Below are positions 29,898 through 39,775 of a DNA stretch of 64,000 nt, piece after piece. A program made the position numbers and the translations under genes. The DNA lies in contig NZ_SBIV01000002.1 in assembly GCF_004765795.1 (NCBI RefSeq), forward strand, positions 186,001 through 250,000, given 5' to 3'. The notes under the pieces were generated by a model. That model saw nothing but the letters and a program-made list of their open reading frames with translations. It ran no database searches and was not told where the DNA came from. Position 1 is the stretch's first letter. Each line of letters begins with the position of its first letter. The DNA is from Halorussus marinus (GTDB lineage Archaea; Halobacteriota; Halobacteria; Halobacteriales; Haladaptataceae).

Positions 29898-29949
29898 TCT
29901 GATTTCAGCTACGCTAGAAATAAGTGATCGGCGGGCGTGAACGCACTGG

Positions 29950-31395
29950 ATGCGATCCGGAACGACCCGTCGGGGGTTCCTGGGGACGGCGGCGGCCTCG
30001 CTGCTCGCGGTCGGCACCGCGAGCGCCCGAGATCGAACGCCGAGAGCCGACCATCGGGCGCGCAGTCGCGCCGGGCGCCGGGGCGTGTCGAGGCGGGGCG
30101 GCCCCGACGCCGACGGCTTCGACCCGGCGGTCCACGGCTTCGGCTTCCGGAACTGGTCGACGAGCGATCCCGCGTATCCCGAGCACGATCACGACGCCGT
30201 CGACGAAGAGCAGATTCGGCGGGTGCTCGGCCGGCGGTGGCCCGAGTCGGTCCGCGCCGACGCGGGCGTAAACGTCCGGGACCTGCCGGGCGCGCTCCTC
30301 GACGCGATCGCCAAACAGCTCTACGTCTCGGTGAACCAGCAGTCCGCGACCGACGGCCACTGCTACGGGATGGTGTTCGCCGCCCAGCAGTACTACGAGC
30401 ACCCCGACACGCTCCGCGCGGGTCGGTCGGTGGCGAGCGACCTCGCCCATCCCGAAGCGCCCGCCGGCGACGACGGCCGGCCGGCGAGCCGGGAGATCGA
30501 CCTCTATCAGCTCACCCAGTTTCTGAACGTCCACGCGTGGCTCGGCCGGCGGGCGATGGCCGCGCCGGAGCTGATCGACTACCGGCGCCAGCTCGATCGG
30601 GTCACGTCGGTCGTCGACGAGTTCGACACCGCGAGCGTCACGCTGTTCGATCGCGACCACCGTCGCGCCCACCAGGTGCTGGTGTACGACTACCGCCGGG
30701 ACTCGGACCGAACTCGGCTGTTCGTCTACGATCCGAACTACCCCGCCCGGCGGTACGAACGGGTCGACGAACCGCCCGCGATCGACGTCGCCACCGCCGG
30801 GGATCGACCCACCGTCCGGCGGTACGACGGCGAGTACGGCGAGTTCGTGTTCAACCGACGGGACCGTCTCGTCGCCGCCCAGACCGCGCCCGGGCCGGGA
30901 TCACTGCTGGCGGCGAACCCCGATCGACTTCGGGAGGCGGCGTTCCGACTCGCGCTGTTCGTCGTGGACTCGCCGGGGGTGTCGCTGACCGTGGTCGGAC
31001 CGAACGATCGGCCGCTCGGACGCGACACCGCGACGTACATGGACCGGGGGCGAAGCGCCTACGCCCGGATGCGGTACCGCTACGGCTTCGCGCCCGGCAC
31101 GTATCGGATCCGGATCGCGGGCCGGCGCGCGACCGAGTACACGCTGGAAGCGCTGGTAGCAGACGACGCGCCCCGCCTCGACGCGACGACCTCGGCGTCC
31201 ATCGCCCCGGGCGAGGTCCACCGCTACACCGCGACCGCGCCCGACGACGGAACCGGGTCGCTCGAACGCGTCTCGGCCGGGCGGTCCCCGTGGCTGGCGG
31301 CGCTCGGCGGCGCGGGCCTCGGAGCGGGCGTCGCCGGCGGGTACGCGTACCTCCGGTGTCGGGACGGAGCGTCCGACCGGGGCGACTCGGAGTGA
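29950..31395 (+). CDS. Tat-exported, C-terminally anchored protein with putative papain-like Cys-His-Asp domain
   Basis: TRRGFL plus ASA cleavage site; GHCYGM, AHQVLVY, VYDPN; C-terminal hydrophobic anchor followed by basic residues. Confidence 0.75.
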   Translation: MRSGTTRRGFLGTAAASLLAVGTASARDRTPRADHRARSRAGRRGVSRRGGPDADGFDPAVHGFGFRNWSTSDPAYPEHDHDAVDEEQIRRVLGRRWPESVRADAGVNVRDLPGALLDAIAKQLYVSVNQQSATDGHCYGMVFAAQQYYEHPDTLRAGRSVASDLAHPEAPAGDDGRPASREIDLYQLTQFLNVHAWLGRRAMAAPELIDYRRQLDRVTSVVDEFDTASVTLFDRDHRRAHQVLVYDYRRDSDRTRLFVYDPNYPARRYERVDEPPAIDVATAGDRPTVRRYDGEYGEFVFNRRDRLVAAQTAPGPGSLLAANPDRLREAAFRLALFVVDSPGVSLTVVGPNDRPLGRDTATYMDRGRSAYARMRYRYGFAPGTYRIRIAGRRATEYTLEALVADDAPRLDATTSASIAPGEVHRYTATAPDDGTGSLERVSAGRSPWLAALGGAGLGAGVAGGYAYLRCRDGASDRGDSE

Positions 31396-31858
31396 GTCGA
31401 GGCGAGGACGCCTAAAGGGCCAAGAGTCGAGACGAGAAAGTCGCGCGAACGATGTCGACTGTGTTCTTTAATGTGGTAGCGGGCACGAGCGTGGTTGCTG
31501 GGACCGTCGAGAAAATTGAAGGGATCAGACAAGAACGAAGTAGCGGGCGTTCCCACAGACAATGTCGTCATCGGTCAGCGTGCTGGGTTGAACATAGTGA
31601 CGATCGCATCTTGGAACGCACCACGAAAGACGGATGCTTGAAGCTGACAGTGATAGCATCACCATGTGACGACGTGAGATTAGTCGTACTTGGACGAGTA
31701 TATTACCATAGATTACCAGCTCTGGCCCGGGATAAATTCACAGATTCAGCAAAATAGTCGAATGAATAGCATGTAGAGTAATCGGAATAATTAGGCTGTT
31801 ATCGGTATTCCCCTATATAAACAAGAAAGTGTTCGGTATTATATTGCGGCTACCGAGT

Positions 31859-32212
31859 CTAGCTATCGAATGTGTAGACGGTCGCGTCGTTTACGTCATC
31901 ACCGTAGGCAACAACTGAATTGGCGCTGGTATCACAATCTAAGACCTCTCCAACACTTTCAACACCGCTCGACTCATCTTCATTCGAGCACCGGATACCT
32001 TGGGTATTGGGTCCTAGTGAGTTGAGAGTGACTGCGTTATCATTCGCAGCCTCCGAAACTCCTGCAGATGCATTTTGTTGAACTTGTTCGCCGAGCCCGA
32101 GTACGAAGGTGCCGATGACGGCGGCCAGAATCACCGTGATGGCGACCATCAGGATGACCCCGATCACCGGGCTCACCGCCTCGTCGTCCGTGAGTAGTGT
32201 TTTGAAGTTCAT
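31859..32212 (-). CDS. pilA: Archaeal type IV pilin (DUF1628/PilA family)
   Basis: [32 protein letters not shown] hydrophobic domain. Confidence 0.92.
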   Translation of the reverse strand: MNFKTLLTDDEAVSPVIGVILMVAITVILAAVIGTFVLGLGEQVQQNASAGVSEAANDNAVTLNSLGPNTQGIRCSNEDESSGVESVGEVLDCDTSANSVVAYGDDVNDATVYTFDS

Positions 32213-32498
32213 GAGTTGTGTTTCTCGTTCGGCACGGTATCATCTCTGAGAAGTGGCCGCACATTTTATGCCGAACGACCGAGTACTTTGGTCCGTCGGC
32301 GGGGAGAGCCTGTCAAAGCCGCCCCACGTCCGACACTTCTCTGTGGTGATACGTGCTTAGTTCAGATTTTGGCACCAAGGGTATATAAAAACTTCTCTAT
32401 ATGAAACAGAGTTTATGTCATTTCTTCATCTGATGTGAAAATAGAGCGAAGACTTGTCCGTGATAAAAGAGTTTAAGCTAGGTTCGAGAAACAGACGT

Positions 32499-33050
32499 AT
32501 GATGAGCGAGTGCACCGCGACAGATCCCGGCGAGGAGACTCTGGAGGTCGCGCTCCGCGCGCTCGCGGCCCGGCTCGGGAAGACGCCGACTGTCGTGGAC
32601 ATGCACGAGCGGGGGGACTTCCACCCGGAGACCTACGTCGAACGGTTCGAAAGTTGGGAGGCCGCGCTCGAAGCCGCCGACCTCGATCCCGGCGAGATCG
32701 GGTCGAAGCAGTACACCGATTACGAACTCCTCGGCGAACTCCAGCGACTCGCGGAGGAGCTCGGTCGATCGCCGACGCGGTACGATCTCGACGAGCACGG
32801 AGAGTACTCGTACAAGACCTACCAGAACCGCTTCGGGTCGTGGAACGACGCGAAAACCGAAGCGATGCTCGAAACCGAGAAGATCCCGGAGGAGCGACTG
32901 CTTCACGAACTCCGCCGGCTGGCGAAGGACGTCGACGGCATCCCGCGCGTGACCGACATGGCAGAAGACGGGGCGTACGGTCACGTGACCTATTATCGCC
33001 GATTCGGGTCGTGGATGGAGGCGCTCGAAAAAGCCGATCTCCTCGAATAG
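32499..33050 (+). CDS. Homing-endonuclease-associated repeat protein (three repeats, no nuclease domain)
   Basis: Three repeats of LxxLAxxLGxxPT...G....TYxxRFGSWxxALxxA. Confidence 0.8.
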   Translation: MMSECTATDPGEETLEVALRALAARLGKTPTVVDMHERGDFHPETYVERFESWEAALEAADLDPGEIGSKQYTDYELLGELQRLAEELGRSPTRYDLDEHGEYSYKTYQNRFGSWNDAKTEAMLETEKIPEERLLHELRRLAKDVDGIPRVTDMAEDGAYGHVTYYRRFGSWMEALEKADLLE

Positions 33051-33292
33051 AACGCCGGTCGCTCCCCCTCCACTTCGTCGGGGGCCGTCTCAGGATCGAG
33101 AGAGGTGTTATACCTGTTCCAGCGGGACGCAGAGCCGTCAGTCGCAAAATGCGTAGTTGGTCCACCGCTCGGGCAACATCCAAAGACACGACGGCGCGGA
33201 CCCGATTTGGACACCCATCGAACTATCTCGGGTCCTGCGGGGATCGAACGAGGGCGGCTACTCGACCAACAATGAAACGACCGGGGGAGAAG

Positions 33293-33366
33293 TCCGCCCT
33301 CCCCGATTTGAACGGGGGACAAGTCGATCTACAGTCGACTGCTCTACCAGTCTGAGCTAAGGGCGG
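33293..33366 (-). tRNA. tRNA-Tyr (GTA)
   Basis: CCGCCCT/AGGGCGG-A acceptor stem, anticodon arm GTCGA-CTGTAGA-TCGAC, GTTCAAATC. Confidence 0.95.
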
Positions 33367-33633
33367 GCGTGTTTCACCGTAGGTCGTCTGTCGGACTTAA
33401 GGGTTATTATTCGACGACGGCGTGCCGTCGGCTACCGACCGGACGCCGCCTCGCGAACCGGGGTCGATCGGCGCACGGGACGGCGACCGAGACGAGAGAG
33501 CCGACCGTGAAGCGCTCGGAGTCGCGTTTACAGACACTTTCGAGTGTTAACGCGGGATCGAATCGGGACGGCAGTGTCAGACGCTCGGTAAGATTGAAGT
33601 GGTGGGGGCGACGACATCGTGACGAACAGTTAC

Positions 33634-34176
33634 ATGAGCAAGATAACGTTCCGCGCGGACGAGGACCTGATCGAGCGCATCGAGGCCCTCGACGAGTCGA
33701 AGAGCGAGGTCATGCGCGAGGCGCTCCGGGCGTATCTCGACGCCGAGAGCGAGGCGTCCGGCGGGGCCGAGGAGAGTCTCGACGGCCTCCTCGCCGAGCG
33801 CGTCGACGAGCTCGTCGCCACGCGCCTCGACGCTCGAGAGCCTGAGGCCCGCTCGTCCGTGAGACCGCAGGGCGGTCGGGACGTGAACGTCAACGTCACG
33901 CTCGAATCCGACGGCGCGGTCCGGGAGCGAGCGGCCGACGAGTCGGCCCGGGACGGGGACACCACGGACGACCGCGACCGACAGAGCGAGCGGGACTGCG
34001 AGTGTGGCCAGTGCGGGGAGTCGCTGTCGGACGATCACGTCTACTGTCCGAACTGCGGGGAGAAGGCCTCGCGACGCGCCTTCTGCGAGTGCGGCGACGA
34101 GGTTCGGTCGGACTGGGCGTTCTGTCCGGGCTGTGGCCGGCGCACGCCCGCGGCCGACGTCCTCGACAGAACGTAA
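33634..34176 (+). CDS. cdrL: RHH plus double zinc ribbon cell-division regulator
   Basis: N-terminal KITFRADEDL..SKSEVMREAL; C-terminal CxxC clusters; upstream of cdrS-ftsZ2. Confidence 0.88.
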   Translation: MSKITFRADEDLIERIEALDESKSEVMREALRAYLDAESEASGGAEESLDGLLAERVDELVATRLDAREPEARSSVRPQGGRDVNVNVTLESDGAVRERAADESARDGDTTDDRDRQSERDCECGQCGESLSDDHVYCPNCGEKASRRAFCECGDEVRSDWAFCPGCGRRTPAADVLDRT

Positions 34177-34338
34177 GACGCCGTTTTACTACTCGCCGTT
34201 AATTATTTAAGTTCTGACTATGTGGGTTAGCCCACGTAAGACGGTTGTCTTACACGGCGCCCGAGAGTCGGCGTACGGCCGCGCTCCGGGCGGATGCGGC
34301 GTAAGACAGGCTGTGTGAGCATCCGCATGCCGTCTTAC
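34173..34338 (+). promoter_or_regulatory. cdrS-ftsZ2 promoter/leader with repeated GTAAGAC/GTCTTAC sites
   Basis: GTAAGAC at 34173, 34236, 34301; GTCTTAC at 34247, 34332; GTTTTAC at 34183; AT-rich TATA region at 34201-34210. Confidence 0.7.
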
Positions 34339-34357
34339 CTCAAGGGGAATACAAAAT

Positions 34358-34540
34358 ATGGAGCGTGTGACACTTCGCATTCCGAAACAGCAGATCGAGG
34401 AGGTCGAACAGATGGTCGAGACCGGGGAGTTCCCGAACCGTAGCGAGGCGATTCGGGCCGCGGTCCGCGACATGCTCAACGAACACGACGAAGGCACGAC
34501 AGAGCAGACGACGAACAAGCGGTCGTGGGCCAAGGTGTAA
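34358..34540 (+). CDS. cdrS: Small ribbon-helix-helix regulator
   Basis: [37 protein letters not shown]; directly before ftsZ. Confidence 0.93.
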   Translation: MERVTLRIPKQQIEEVEQMVETGEFPNRSEAIRAAVRDMLNEHDEGTTEQTTNKRSWAKV

Positions 34541-34542
34541 GC

Positions 34543-35799
34543 ATGCAGGACATCGTGCAAGACGCCTTGGAGAACGCCGAACAGGAGAACCGCGAGCTGG
34601 ACGCCGACACCAACGGCGACGAGTTTGGCGACCCCCGAATCGTGATCGTGGGCTGTGGCGGCGCGGGCAACAACACGGTCAACCGACTGTACAACATCGG
34701 AGTCGACGGCGCGGACACCGTCGCGATCAACACCGACAAGCAACACCTCAAGATGATCGAGGCCGACACGAAGATCCTGGTCGGCAAGTCCCTCACCAAC
34801 GGCCTCGGCGCGGGCGGGGACCCCTCGATGGGCGAGCGAGCCACCGAGATGGCCCAGGGCACGATCAAGGAGGTACTCGGCGACGCCGACCTCGTGTTCG
34901 TGACCGCGGGCATGGGCGGCGGCACCGGGACCGGTGCGGCCCCGGTCGTCTCGAAGATCGCCAAAGAGCAGGGCGCCATCGTCGTCGGGATGGTCTCGAC
35001 CCCGTTCAACGTCGAGCGCGCACGGACGGTGAAGGCCGAGGAAGGGCTCGAAAAGCTCCGCAACGAGGCCGACTCCATCATCGTGCTCGACAACAACCGG
35101 CTGCTCGACTACGTCCCGAACCTGCCGATCGGGAAGGCCTTCTCGGTGATGGACCAGATCATCGCCGAGACGGTCAAGGGGATCTCGGAGACGATCACCC
35201 AGCCGAGCCTCATCAACCTCGACTACGCCGACATGACCTCGATCATGAATCAGGGCGGAGTCGCGGTGATGCTGGTCGGCGAGACCCAGGACAAGAACAA
35301 GACCGAGGAGGTCGTCCGGGACGCGATGAACCACCCGCTGCTCGACGTCGACTACCGCGGCGCCTCGGGCGGGCTCGTCCACATCACGGGCGGTCCGGAC
35401 CTCACGCTCAAGGAGGCCGAGTCGATCGCCTCGAACATCACCGAGCGACTCGAAGCCAGCGCCAACGTCATCTGGGGCGCGCGCATTCAGGACAACTACA
35501 AGGGGAAGGTCCGGGTCATGGCCATCATGACCGGCGTCCAGAGCGCCCAGGTCCTCGGCCCGAGCACCCAACAGCAGGCCGACAAGTCCCGCGAGCAGAT
35601 GCGCGACGTCGACGCCCAGTCGTTCGACGCCAGCCAGAACCTCGAAACGGGCGCCACCGGCGGCTCGTCCCGTGAAGAGAGCCTCGGCGGAACCGACCGG
35701 TCGACGAAGACCACCGGCGACTCGGGCGGGTGGGGTGCCAAGAGCGACGGCGGGCAAAACGAGGTAGAGCAGAACAACGGGCTCGACGTCATTCGCTGA
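34543..35799 (+). CDS. ftsZ: Cell division protein FtsZ (FtsZ2 type)
   Basis: [24 protein letters not shown]; cdrS context. Confidence 0.97.
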   Translation: MQDIVQDALENAEQENRELDADTNGDEFGDPRIVIVGCGGAGNNTVNRLYNIGVDGADTVAINTDKQHLKMIEADTKILVGKSLTNGLGAGGDPSMGERATEMAQGTIKEVLGDADLVFVTAGMGGGTGTGAAPVVSKIAKEQGAIVVGMVSTPFNVERARTVKAEEGLEKLRNEADSIIVLDNNRLLDYVPNLPIGKAFSVMDQIIAETVKGISETITQPSLINLDYADMTSIMNQGGVAVMLVGETQDKNKTEEVVRDAMNHPLLDVDYRGASGGLVHITGGPDLTLKEAESIASNITERLEASANVIWGARIQDNYKGKVRVMAIMTGVQSAQVLGPSTQQQADKSREQMRDVDAQSFDASQNLETGATGGSSREESLGGTDRSTKTTGDSGGWGAKSDGGQNEVEQNNGLDVIR

Positions 35800-35858
35800 G
35801 TCGGTCCCGCACCGCTTTTCTCTCCGACGGGTCTCTCACCGACGGACGAGCGGCCGTC

Positions 35859-36854
35859 TCAGGCCGCGTGGAGCGCGTCGAGCAGCGAACACTTCCGACA
35901 CCGATCCCGGGTCGTGGCGGCCCCGCACTGCTCGCACTTCCCGAGATCGGCGCTCCCGCCCTCGCGGGCGCCGAACTCCTCGGCGGCCAGCGCCGCCAGC
36001 TCCTCGTAGCCGGCCATGATCGAGTGGCGGGTTCCCGGGTGGTTCTCCTCGAGGTCGTGGAGAAGGCTCTGGATCTCCCCGCGGTAGGCCTCGCTCGCGT
36101 GGGGGCACTCCGTGATGTGGGCCGGCAGATCCGCGAGGTGGGCGTACAGCGCGACCTCCTTCTCGGGCACGTCCCGGAGGGGTTTGGCCCGCGGGACGAA
36201 GTGGTCGCCCGCCTCGCGGGTCGGGTCCTCGCCCGCCCCGCGCTCGTCGAACCCGCCGAGGCTCGCGTCGAAGTGCTTGGCGATCTGGGCGAGGTCGCCT
36301 TCGAGGAAGTTCATCAGCGCGGTCTGGGCCTCGTCGTCGAGATTGTGGCCCGTCAGGAGCTTGTCGGCGCCCAACTCCTCGGCGTACCGCGAGAGCACGT
36401 CCCGACGGAACACTCCGCAGTACGCGCAGGCGGCCATGTTCTCGGGGTCGTCCTCGACCACGTCGTCCATTCGGACCCCAAACTCCTCCTCGTAGCTCAC
36501 GAGTTCGTGGCGGACTCCGAGCTCCGCGGTCAGCTCCTCGCAGGCCGCCACGCTCTCGTCGCGGTACCCCTCGATGCCCTCGTGGACGGTGAGTGCGACC
36601 AGTTCGATCCGGGGGTCGCGCTCGAACGTCCGGTGGAGGATGTCGGTGAGGACGACGCTGTCTTTCCCCCCCGAGAGCCCGACGACCCACGTTTCGGGCT
36701 CCTCGGGCGTAGCGTCGTCGGGCACGAGGTTGTCCTCGCGGACCCGGCGGCGGACGCGCTTGTCGACCGACGAGAGAAAGTGATCCTCACAGAGGTGCAG
36801 CCCCGAGTAGGCGGCGTTCATCACCGCCTCGCGGCCGCATTTGTCGCAGTCCAT
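35859..36854 (-). CDS. ncsA: tRNA 2-thiolation protein (Ncs6/TtuA family)
   Basis: CDKC, SGGKDS PP-loop, CAYCGVFRR, TGHNLDD, C-terminal Zn finger. Confidence 0.93.
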   Translation of the reverse strand: MDCDKCGREAVMNAAYSGLHLCEDHFLSSVDKRVRRRVREDNLVPDDATPEEPETWVVGLSGGKDSVVLTDILHRTFERDPRIELVALTVHEGIEGYRDESVAACEELTAELGVRHELVSYEEEFGVRMDDVVEDDPENMAACAYCGVFRRDVLSRYAEELGADKLLTGHNLDDEAQTALMNFLEGDLAQIAKHFDASLGGFDERGAGEDPTREAGDHFVPRAKPLRDVPEKEVALYAHLADLPAHITECPHASEAYRGEIQSLLHDLEENHPGTRHSIMAGYEELAALAAEEFGAREGGSADLGKCEQCGAATTRDRCRKCSLLDALHAA

Positions 36855-37113
36855 CGCCCGACACTTTCGGTCCCGAGCGTTTGACGGTTTCGCCTCCAGG
36901 CGCGTAAACCGGATCCGGCGATAGCAAATCGTAATTCGGCCGGGTCGGTGTGTCGAGCGGGCGTCGACAGCGGCCGGGGTGTCGCTGTGGGCCACCGGGG
37001 CGCTCGATCAGCAGTGTCGCGTGTATCGGCATCGGCGACGACTGCGACGAGAAGCGTGATCTGGATCGTGACCGACGACGGCGAGTGACCGGAGTCGAGA
37101 ACCCAGACCGCGA

Positions 37114-38139
37114 CTACCGCGACCAGACGCCCTCGCGGGCGTCCATCCACGTAACGACGAGCGTGTGGGGAAGGGTCAGGACCGCCAGCAACACGAGGTA
37201 GAGCCCGAGCAGCGACGGGAGGCTCGCGTCCGGGGGCGCGACCGCCCCGAGCCCGACGAGGACGACGACCGCGCCGACCGAGTTCGGGAGCGCGTCGCGC
37301 CCGAACCCGGCGAGGGCGGCGCCGATCCGGCCGTCGGCGAGCGCCGTCCCGGCGTCGGCGACGACCACCAGTCGGGCGACGTGTCGGATCGAGTGCCAGA
37401 GACAGAAGTAGAGTCCGACCGCGACCACCGGCGGAACGACGAGGAAGAACGCCCACAGGAAGCCGGTCTCGACCGCGTCGATCCGCCACCCCCGCCGCGA
37501 TTGGGAGGCGTCCTCGCCCGTCCGAGCACGAGCGTAGCCGAGCGCGATCGAACCGATCGAGAGAGCCCCGAGCGCGCCGCCCGCGATCAGTCTCGCCTCC
37601 GGGCGGAAGGCGGCCCCGAGCGCGTCGGCGGCCGACGGGTCGAACAGCGCCACGGTGGCGCGGGTGATTTCGCGGTACACGCCCGGAAACGCCACCAGCG
37701 GGACCACCATCGGAAGCCCGCCTCGAACGGCGATCGCGAGCGCCCGCTGGGTCCGGGTCCGGAGGTGGTCGCCGCCGACCGCGAGCAGGAAGTAACAGTC
37801 GCCCTGCCCCCAGTGGTACCACGTCAGCAGGATGAACCCCGCGAACGCGGCCGCGGGCGCGACCAGCCAGCCCGCGAGAGTGGCGCCGCCGGCGAGGAGG
37901 TAGGCCGCGCCGACCGCGACGAGCGGCCGCTCCCCGCCGAGTCGCGCGACCGCGAGGTGGTCGGCCGCGCCGTGGGGGAGCCCGAAGGCGACGAAACTGA
38001 CCGCGAACGGGAGATACCGCGCGATCGGGGGGACGTCGACGCCGAGCGCGAACGGGACCGCCGCGAACCCAAGCGCCGCGACGGCGGGAACGACCGCGAG
38101 TCTCACGAGCGCGCGCCGAACCGGCGTGGGGTAGCTCAC
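37114..38139 (-). CDS. blh: Brp/Blh family beta-carotene 15,15'-dioxygenase
   Basis: GLPHGAAD, WYHWGQGD, YFCLWHSIRH, LTLPH; GTGA overlap with crtY. Confidence 0.9.
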   Translation of the reverse strand: MSYPTPVRRALVRLAVVPAVAALGFAAVPFALGVDVPPIARYLPFAVSFVAFGLPHGAADHLAVARLGGERPLVAVGAAYLLAGGATLAGWLVAPAAAFAGFILLTWYHWGQGDCYFLLAVGGDHLRTRTQRALAIAVRGGLPMVVPLVAFPGVYREITRATVALFDPSAADALGAAFRPEARLIAGGALGALSIGSIALGYARARTGEDASQSRRGWRIDAVETGFLWAFFLVVPPVVAVGLYFCLWHSIRHVARLVVVADAGTALADGRIGAALAGFGRDALPNSVGAVVVLVGLGAVAPPDASLPSLLGLYLVLLAVLTLPHTLVVTWMDAREGVWSR

Positions 38140-38927
38140 CGCCACCGCCTGCTCACCCGCATTGTGCCCGGCACCAGTCCCTCGACGGCGTGGCCCGCCC
38201 CGCGGTCGGCCGCCCGCGCGAGCGTCCAGTCGAACAACACCAGCCCCTGAACGACGAGGAGGTTCGTCAGGACGAAGAAGACCGCCTCCTCGATCGGAAG
38301 TCCGAGGACCGCCAGACCCGTACTGTGGTCGGCCGAGATCGTCCAAAGGCCGCGGCCGATGGCGAACCTGTCGGCGGCCCAGAGATACGCCGAGGGGACC
38401 GCGACCGCGACCGCGACGAGCCGGCGGGCCGACCAGAGCACGGGGCCCCCGACCGCCCAGAGGAACGCGGCGACCGGGGCCGCCCAGACGAGCGTCATCC
38501 CGAGGTAGTACGTCCCATCGGACGCGACCGCGAGCGCGGCGCCGACGACCGCCAGCGCGGCCCAGACCGCGGCGCCGACCGTCCGGGCGTCGGGGCTCGC
38601 CGGCAACGCGGGATCGATCCGCGGGGCCAGAGCGTAGTACCACAGGCCGGTGAGTCCGGTCTGGCCGGCGAAGAACAGCCACTCACCGAGGGGCACCCGA
38701 GCGAACCGGGCCGCGACGACGCCGTCGCCGTACCGCCAGACGCCCCGTCCGATGAGGTAGCTGTCCCACGGCGCCGTGTAGGAGACCGCGATACAGACCA
38801 GAGCGCCGATTCCGGCGGCCGCTCGCGACGGCCGTTCGCGCCGGGCGAACACGACCGCTCCGAGCGCGAGCGCGGGCGGCCCGAGGGCGGCGATCAGGAA
38901 GTCGAGATACGTGACTGGGCTCGTCAT
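38136..38927 (-). CDS. crtY: Lycopene beta-cyclase (membrane CrtYc/d fusion)
   Basis: YTAPWDSYLI.RGVW, PLGEWLFF, ADRFAI..GLW, LPIEEAVFF. Confidence 0.9.
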   Translation of the reverse strand: MTSPVTYLDFLIAALGPPALALGAVVFARRERPSRAAAGIGALVCIAVSYTAPWDSYLIGRGVWRYGDGVVAARFARVPLGEWLFFAGQTGLTGLWYYALAPRIDPALPASPDARTVGAAVWAALAVVGAALAVASDGTYYLGMTLVWAAPVAAFLWAVGGPVLWSARRLVAVAVAVPSAYLWAADRFAIGRGLWTISADHSTGLAVLGLPIEEAVFFVLTNLLVVQGLVLFDWTLARAADRGAGHAVEGLVPGTMRVSRRWR

Positions 38928-39089
38928 GGTGAATCGGCCGCCGTGAGCCGGCACACGGGACCGGATTGGGAGGCCCCCGTCAAAGTCGGTTCGGAAGCCG
39001 CGGACGACTCGCGTCCGGGCGCCCGATTCGGGGCGTCGGCCCCCGGTCGCGGGGATGGAACTGAGTTGCTCCGGGACGTAGACCCCCGA

Positions 39090-39710
39090 ATGCGGCGCGT
39101 CTCTCGTCAAACCGTCCTCCGCGAGTGGCTCCGGATGGAGCGGACCGACGCCGAAACCGACCGCGACCCCGTCGAGGGCCTCTCCGAGCGGGCGGTGCTC
39201 GACGAACTCCTCGACCACAAGCCCGGGGCGGCCGCCTTCGTCTGGCGCGACGCCCCCGTCGAGTGGTACGAACTGACTCTCGACCGCGAGACGTTCTCGC
39301 GCCTCCGCGTGATCGACGGCGTCGACGGCCTCCGGTGGCGGGCGCTCGCGCCCGACGACACGGTCCTCGGGGCGGCCCGACGGGTCGCTCGCGAGGACCC
39401 GGCGGCGCTGACCGCTCGGACCGGCGTCGACGTCGAGCGCATCCGGCGGTTTCGCGCGGACCCGCCGGGCGGTCCGCTGGTCCTCGCCACCCGCCGGGGG
39501 TGCGTGCCCGTCACGGTCGCCGACGGGAACCACCGTGCGGTCGCGCTCGCGCTCGACCTCCTCGCGGGCGAGCCGGTGACGTTCCCCCGGGCGTATCTGG
39601 GACGGGGCGCGAACCCGGTGGTCGGGCCGCTCCGCCAGCGCGTCTGTGGGTTCGTGCGGGGCGTCCTCGGACGCGTGTTCGGCAGGTCCGGGTCCGATCT
39701 GCCGGAGTGA
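39090..39710 (+). CDS. Hypothetical protein with ParB/sulfiredoxin-like DGNHR motif
   Basis: PLVL...VTVADGNHRAVA; divergent from crtY. Confidence 0.65.
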   Translation: MRRVSRQTVLREWLRMERTDAETDRDPVEGLSERAVLDELLDHKPGAAAFVWRDAPVEWYELTLDRETFSRLRVIDGVDGLRWRALAPDDTVLGAARRVAREDPAALTARTGVDVERIRRFRADPPGGPLVLATRRGCVPVTVADGNHRAVALALDLLAGEPVTFPRAYLGRGANPVVGPLRQRVCGFVRGVLGRVFGRSGSDLPE

Positions 39711-39775
39711 CGCCGGTCGCTCGCGCGGTCCGAGAACGGTATCTTTTCGTCCGTGCCCCGAAAACGTGACCGAAG

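Noticed and set aside
31452..31757. 101-aa ORF in the AT-rich patch
   Set aside because: Not acidic, no motif, atypical codon use; cannot be supported as a gene
27300..33366. Integrated element at tRNA-Tyr
   Set aside because: No integrase or transposase and no duplicated tRNA 3' end found by eye
34173..34338. Mini-CRISPR interpretation of the GTAAGAC repeats
   Set aside because: Repeats are 7 bp, in both orientations, irregularly spaced, with no cas genes
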